DNA of 31,840 nt, taken from contig JBKHJL010000008.1 of the NCBI GenBank assembly GCA_046538155.1, forward strand, positions 1 through 31,840. Direction: 5' to 3'. This document shows, piece after piece, positions 28,310 through 31,840 of the stretch. Below the pieces are notes generated by a model, which was not told where the DNA came from, did no database searches, and worked only from the letters and a program-made list of their open reading frames with translations. The stretch is from Candidatus Micrarchaeia archaeon. Its GTDB lineage: Archaea > Micrarchaeota > Micrarchaeia > Anstonellales > Bilamarchaeaceae. The position numbers and the translations under genes are program-made. Position 1 is the first letter of the stretch. Every line of letters begins with the position of its first letter.

Positions 28310-29935
28310 TCAGGCTTCCTCTTCAGTGCTGAACGGGGATTCCTTGAGCTCGGGGATTCCCCTTTCGTATGCCGCCTTCCTTTCTGCCCTGAGGTGCCTG
28401 CCCATCCTCGTCCCTGAAACAGTTATTGTATAAACATACTCCTCAATGTCCCCAGTGCCCCTCTCGCGCACCGGGCGGGAGCTGATCTCAAGGGTTATGC
28501 CCTTCCTGAGCAGGGCACGGGAAATCCTCTCTTTTACGCGATAATCCCCTTCGCGACCGGCCGCAATGGCCCTGAACCAGGGCGGGAGGTCCCTGTAAGT
28601 ACCCGGCTTTGAGCGCACCGAAAGCCTCTCTTCCCCGTAAGTTTCTAGGGCACTGACAAGTGCAGAATCAAGCCTGGAGCGGCCGGATGACCAGGAAAAT
28701 GTTTTTCTGAGCCAGGCCCGGGGGGTTTCGGCTTTTTTCCCTTCAGGATGCACGGTTATCTTCCATTCGCCGCGATCCTTTCCCCCGATCATCTCCGGAG
28801 TGTGCGTCCAGGTTATGGCTCTCCCGGGGTAGCGGGCCTCGAGCTCTGCCCTGGTTGCAGCAGCAGTTTCATAGCTGTGCCTGAGGAATGTTGCTTTCTT
28901 TCCATTTTCCAGCCTGCGAACGTTTTCCATAATGGGCTTCCAGGCAGGGGCGGGCTCCTTTCCTGCACGGAGCTGCCCGCGCTCTGTACCCTGGGGCTCT
29001 GTCCTTCCCTTTCCGGCCCGGCGTCCGCGGAGCGCTGTAACATATTCACTGAATTCTCGCTTGCCCATGAGGTAAAAGGGCCATCTGTCCCTGAGTGCTT
29101 CCCTTACATCCTTGCGCTTCAGAAGCTCCCTCACCAGCCTTGTTTCAGCCCCGCTTGGAGATGCCTTCCGGTCATCATAATCCTGTATTATGTCTGCCCC
29201 TCTGCCGGGAGATATCTGGCGCACATTTTGTGCATAGTGTTCCCCTTCTACCCTGAACGCCGCGGGCTCTGCCTTCTCCGCCTCTCTTGCTGCCCGGGCT
29301 TCCGACTCAATCCTTTCCAAATCAGCGAAAAGCTCATCTGTTACCTTTTTCCTCTTTCTGTTTTTTGCGGCCCGGGCAGATTCCATATCCTCAATGTAGG
29401 TTGTTTTTACCTCGTTTACAATGTCCTTTTCAAGCCTTGAAATGGCTTTGCCTATGTCCCCGGGCAACGCAGTTATTTCAAACCCTTTTGTCCCTGGCTT
29501 CTTCTGCCTGGTCTTGAAACCGTATTTCCCAAGTAGCTTCATCGCCGCCTTTGCCTTTGCAGGAGTGGAAAATGAGATGTACCTTCCGGGGCGGTGAGTG
29601 TTCTTGCCCTGGGAAAGCCTGCGGAAAAGCTTCCGCATCTTGCGCATCACAAAAGTATTTTGCTTTTCCTCCTTTGTACGGGAGAGGAGCACTTCCGCAG
29701 CGCGGGAATCCATAGTGTCCCCCTCAACCAGGCCAAGGCCAAGGCGCATCGCAAAATCAGATGCCCCGCCTCCCTTGCTCAGCATTATCCCACCTGAAAA
29801 ACCCCTGTCCAGCTTTGCATCCATAATATTTGAGATTAAATAGAGGAGCTTATCAACCTGATTCTCCTGGGTTTTTACCGGGGTTTCCCCCATTTTCCCT
29901 GGCTCTGGTTTTATGATTGTAAGGCGCGAACCCAT
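28310..29935 (-). CDS. Basic (R/K-rich) hypothetical protein, 541 aa
   Basis: Long ORF with GGTGA RBS; no signal peptide or TM helix; no recognised family. Confidence 0.85.
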   Translation of the reverse strand: MGSRLTIIKPEPGKMGETPVKTQENQVDKLLYLISNIMDAKLDRGFSGGIMLSKGGGASDFAMRLGLGLVEGDTMDSRAAEVLLSRTKEEKQNTFVMRKMRKLFRRLSQGKNTHRPGRYISFSTPAKAKAAMKLLGKYGFKTRQKKPGTKGFEITALPGDIGKAISRLEKDIVNEVKTTYIEDMESARAAKNRKRKKVTDELFADLERIESEARAAREAEKAEPAAFRVEGEHYAQNVRQISPGRGADIIQDYDDRKASPSGAETRLVRELLKRKDVREALRDRWPFYLMGKREFSEYVTALRGRRAGKGRTEPQGTERGQLRAGKEPAPAWKPIMENVRRLENGKKATFLRHSYETAAATRAELEARYPGRAITWTHTPEMIGGKDRGEWKITVHPEGKKAETPRAWLRKTFSWSSGRSRLDSALVSALETYGEERLSVRSKPGTYRDLPPWFRAIAAGREGDYRVKERISRALLRKGITLEISSRPVRERGTGDIEEYVYTITVSGTRMGRHLRAERKAAYERGIPELKESPFSTEEEA

Positions 29936-29996
29936 TAGTCTTCACCAAAATTAAAGCTCAGAAGAGATTTTTAATTGTTTGGTAAATTAGAGTAGT

Positions 29997-30653
29997 ATGT
30001 CTACTGCAAAAGAAAACGCCGCAAGGGGGGCTCTGGACTATATTGAAGACGGGATGGTTGTGGGGCTGGGAAGCGGTACCACTACCGCGGTATTCATAGA
30101 ACTGCTCGGCAGGAAAGTGAGGAAAGAGGGAATTTCTGTTTCTGGTGTTGCAACTTCCTTTGATTCAGAAATTCTTGCAAAAAAGGCAGGGATACCCCTG
30201 ATTCCCCTGGAAAGGAAAATAGACCTCGCGGTTGACGGGGCAGACCTTGTGGGGGAAGAATATGTGCTTAAAGGGGGAGGGGGGGCACTTACCCGGGAAA
30301 AGATTGTGGATTATGCAGCGGAAAAATTCATCGTGATTGCGGACGAGGGGAAAAAGGACCTGGGGAAAGAGTATCCGATAGTGGTTGAAACCGTTCCCTT
30401 CTCATATCATTATGTTATGGGGGAAATGAAAAAGCTCGGGCTTGAGCCGGAACTCCGTGTTGGAGGGAAAAAACTGGGACCGGTTGTAACAGACAACAGC
30501 AACTTCATCCTGGACTGTGCGGGGGAAGTGCGGGGGAACCCGGAAGAATTTGAGAAAAAGCTCAATGGCATTCCTGGAGTTGTGGAAAACGGAGTATTCT
30601 CAAAATTCTGGAAAGTAATACTGGGAGACGAAGAAAAAAGCTACGAGTTCTGA
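29997..30653 (+). CDS. rpiA: Ribose-5-phosphate isomerase A
   Basis: VGLGSGTT, DLAVDGAD, KGGGGALTREKIV, VTDNSNFILD, IPGVVENGVF. Confidence 0.98.
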   Translation: MSTAKENAARGALDYIEDGMVVGLGSGTTTAVFIELLGRKVRKEGISVSGVATSFDSEILAKKAGIPLIPLERKIDLAVDGADLVGEEYVLKGGGGALTREKIVDYAAEKFIVIADEGKKDLGKEYPIVVETVPFSYHYVMGEMKKLGLEPELRVGGKKLGPVVTDNSNFILDCAGEVRGNPEEFEKKLNGIPGVVENGVFSKFWKVILGDEEKSYEF

Positions 30654-30663
30654 GGTTTTGCAG

Positions 30664-31146
30664 ATGCCCCGTATAAGCAGGGAACTCAGGGAACTGCTGA
30701 AAAAGCCGCTTGGAAAAGTGGTTTCTTTCAGGGAAGCAGCTGAACAGGTGCAGGGAAAAAAGATTGTTGCGGTTGGGGATGAGGTTGTTTTCAAGTTCCT
30801 GGAGGCGGAAGTTGTTCCTTTTGTGTCTGTTTTTGACCTGAAAACCCTCAGGGAGCCGGTGGAAAAAGAAGTGCGGGAAAGACTGCTTGAACAGTATCCT
30901 GAGCCTGAAAAAATCCGCAAAAAAGCAGGAGAGCTGAACAGAGGGATGTTTAAGGTTGCGGAAAAGATGCTGGAAAAAGGAGGGGGGCTGTATGTGGAGG
31001 GAGAAGAGGATTTGTTTGCCCTGCCTTTTGCAACCCTTATTGAAGATGAAGTAGTTGTGTATGGGCAGCCGGGAGAGGGATGCGTAATTCTTGAAAAAAA
31101 GGATTCAGAAAAGCTTGAAAAACTGGTGGAAAGAGCCCTTGGCTAA
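30664..31146 (+). CDS. GTP-dependent dephospho-CoA kinase (DUF359 family)
   Basis: LRELLKKPLG, AVGDEV, FDLKTLR, VEGEEDL, VYGQPGEG; start at ATG 30664. Confidence 0.88.
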   Translation: MPRISRELRELLKKPLGKVVSFREAAEQVQGKKIVAVGDEVVFKFLEAEVVPFVSVFDLKTLREPVEKEVRERLLEQYPEPEKIRKKAGELNRGMFKVAEKMLEKGGGLYVEGEEDLFALPFATLIEDEVVVYGQPGEGCVILEKKDSEKLEKLVERALG

Positions 31147-31313
31147 TGCTTGCTCATAGAATGGAGGGAAAAATAAATCAGGCCAACTGCAATTAGTGAA
31201 ACTCCAACAACTATCTCTATGGTGTCCTGCGGGCGGCTGGTCTGCCAGAAATAGCCAAGTACGCCCCCGCCAATTATGGAAACCAGCGCAAAAAGGGCCT
31301 GCTTGCCTGACAT
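31143..31313 (-). CDS. 56-aa two-TM small membrane protein (below the ORF-track cutoff)
   Basis: MSGKQALFALVSIIGGGVLGYFWQTSRPQDTIEIVVGVSLIAVGLIYFSLHSMSKH. It starts 4 nt after the PRC-barrel stop and fills the gap to the convergent kinase gene. Confidence 0.7.
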   Translation of the reverse strand: MSGKQALFALVSIIGGGVLGYFWQTSRPQDTIEIVVGVSLIAVGLIYFSLHSMSKH

Positions 31314-31317
31314 TCTT

Positions 31318-31554
31318 TCACTTTACCTGGGCAACAACAATTACATCCTCAACTGATTTCACGTTCTTGTAAAGCACGCTTTTCTCTTTGAGGACTTCCT
31401 TTGTTTTTTCCTTGGAGGATGAAAGAGGTTCAAGAAGGAACCTTGAAATCTCCCCGGACTCCAGGTCGATTATGAAATCCTGGGCGCTTCCCACGTATTT
31501 TCCACCATCAGTAAAAATCTCCATTCCGTACATTTTGGACAGCTTAACGGACAT
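31318..31554 (-). CDS. PRC-barrel domain protein (CdpB-like archaeal cell-division family candidate)
   Basis: LSKMYGMEIFTDGGKYVGSAQDFIIDLESGEISRFLL..VKSVEDVIVV; ATG 31554 follows AGGTG. Confidence 0.85.
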   Translation of the reverse strand: MSVKLSKMYGMEIFTDGGKYVGSAQDFIIDLESGEISRFLLEPLSSSKEKTKEVLKEKSVLYKNVKSVEDVIVVAQVK

Positions 31555-31635
31555 TATAACACCTTGCACGGAATACTTAGGACTATGAATTTTTAAACCT
31601 GTCCCTCCTGAGAAAGGAGAAAACGACTTCAGTTC

Positions 31636-31840
31636 AAAATGGGATATGTTTTTATAAAATTTTTACCGCAATAGGGTTTTGCACAGAGTTTTTTGGTTCT
31701 GAGAAACCTTTGGTTTCTTCTCATGAAGCAGGCTTCATGATCCGCTTTTTGTACAAGGGTAATAATGCTGTAGCGTAAAACGGGTTATGTTTTTATAAAA
31801 TTTTTACCGCAATAGGGTTTTGCACAGAGTTTTTTGGTTC
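31636..31840. repeat. Non-coding direct repeat with a 141-bp period: 31636-31699 and 31777-31840 (second copy cut by the window edge)
   Basis: 55 bp are identical (TATGTTTTTATAAAATTTTTACCGCAATAGGGTTTTGCACAGAGTTTTTTGGTTC at 31645 and 31786), extending to 64 bp with 2 mismatches. Confidence 0.95.
31702..31740. repeat. Two adjacent inverted repeats between the direct-repeat copies
   Basis: AGAAACC-ttt-GGTTTCT (31702-31718) and TCATGAAGC-ag-GCTTCATGA (31721-31740). Confidence 0.9.

Noticed and set aside
19108..29935. Provirus or mobile-element interpretation of the orphan block
   Set aside because: I recognised no integrase, terminase, capsid, primase or transposase motif, no flanking tRNA or direct repeats, and the expression signals match the host genes.
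31636..31840. CRISPR array interpretation of the terminal repeat
   Set aside because: The unit (55-64 bp) and spacer (77-86 bp) are longer than typical CRISPR units, only two copies are visible and no cas gene is in the window.

Overview
Gene-dense archaeal chromosomal segment. Archaeal identity rests on aRF1, Rpp21, Dph5, a DUF359 dephospho-CoA kinase, a GGPP synthase, a PRC-barrel protein, TATA boxes and GGTG(A) ribosome-binding sites. A DPANN/Micrarchaeota-like source is my inference, not shown. The left 5.76 kb is one giant secreted surface protein that the ORF track missed because it runs off the window: signal peptide, three LamG-like modules, then a long right-handed beta-helix. Next come glmS with a divergent wHTH regulator, two beta-carbonic anhydrase genes (one an internal pseudo-dimer), aRF1, two membrane proteins sharing a 4-Cys domain, and a housekeeping block (GGPPS, rpp21, DUF63, dph5, transglutaminase-like protein, beta-CASP RNase). 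An ~11 kb minus-strand block of orphan genes (19.1-29.9 kb) is the best candidate for a novel system. It holds two large basic proteins with a shared repeated module, a protein whose C-terminal half looks like an outer-membrane-type beta-barrel ending in NIGVKF, and a Cys-rich secreted CARDB/Ig protein. The window ends with rpiA, dephospho-CoA kinase, a 56-aa membrane protein, a PRC-barrel gene and a 141-bp-period direct repeat enclosing two palindromes. I saw no rRNA, tRNA, CRISPR array or transposase. All calls come from manual motif reading; no searches were run.
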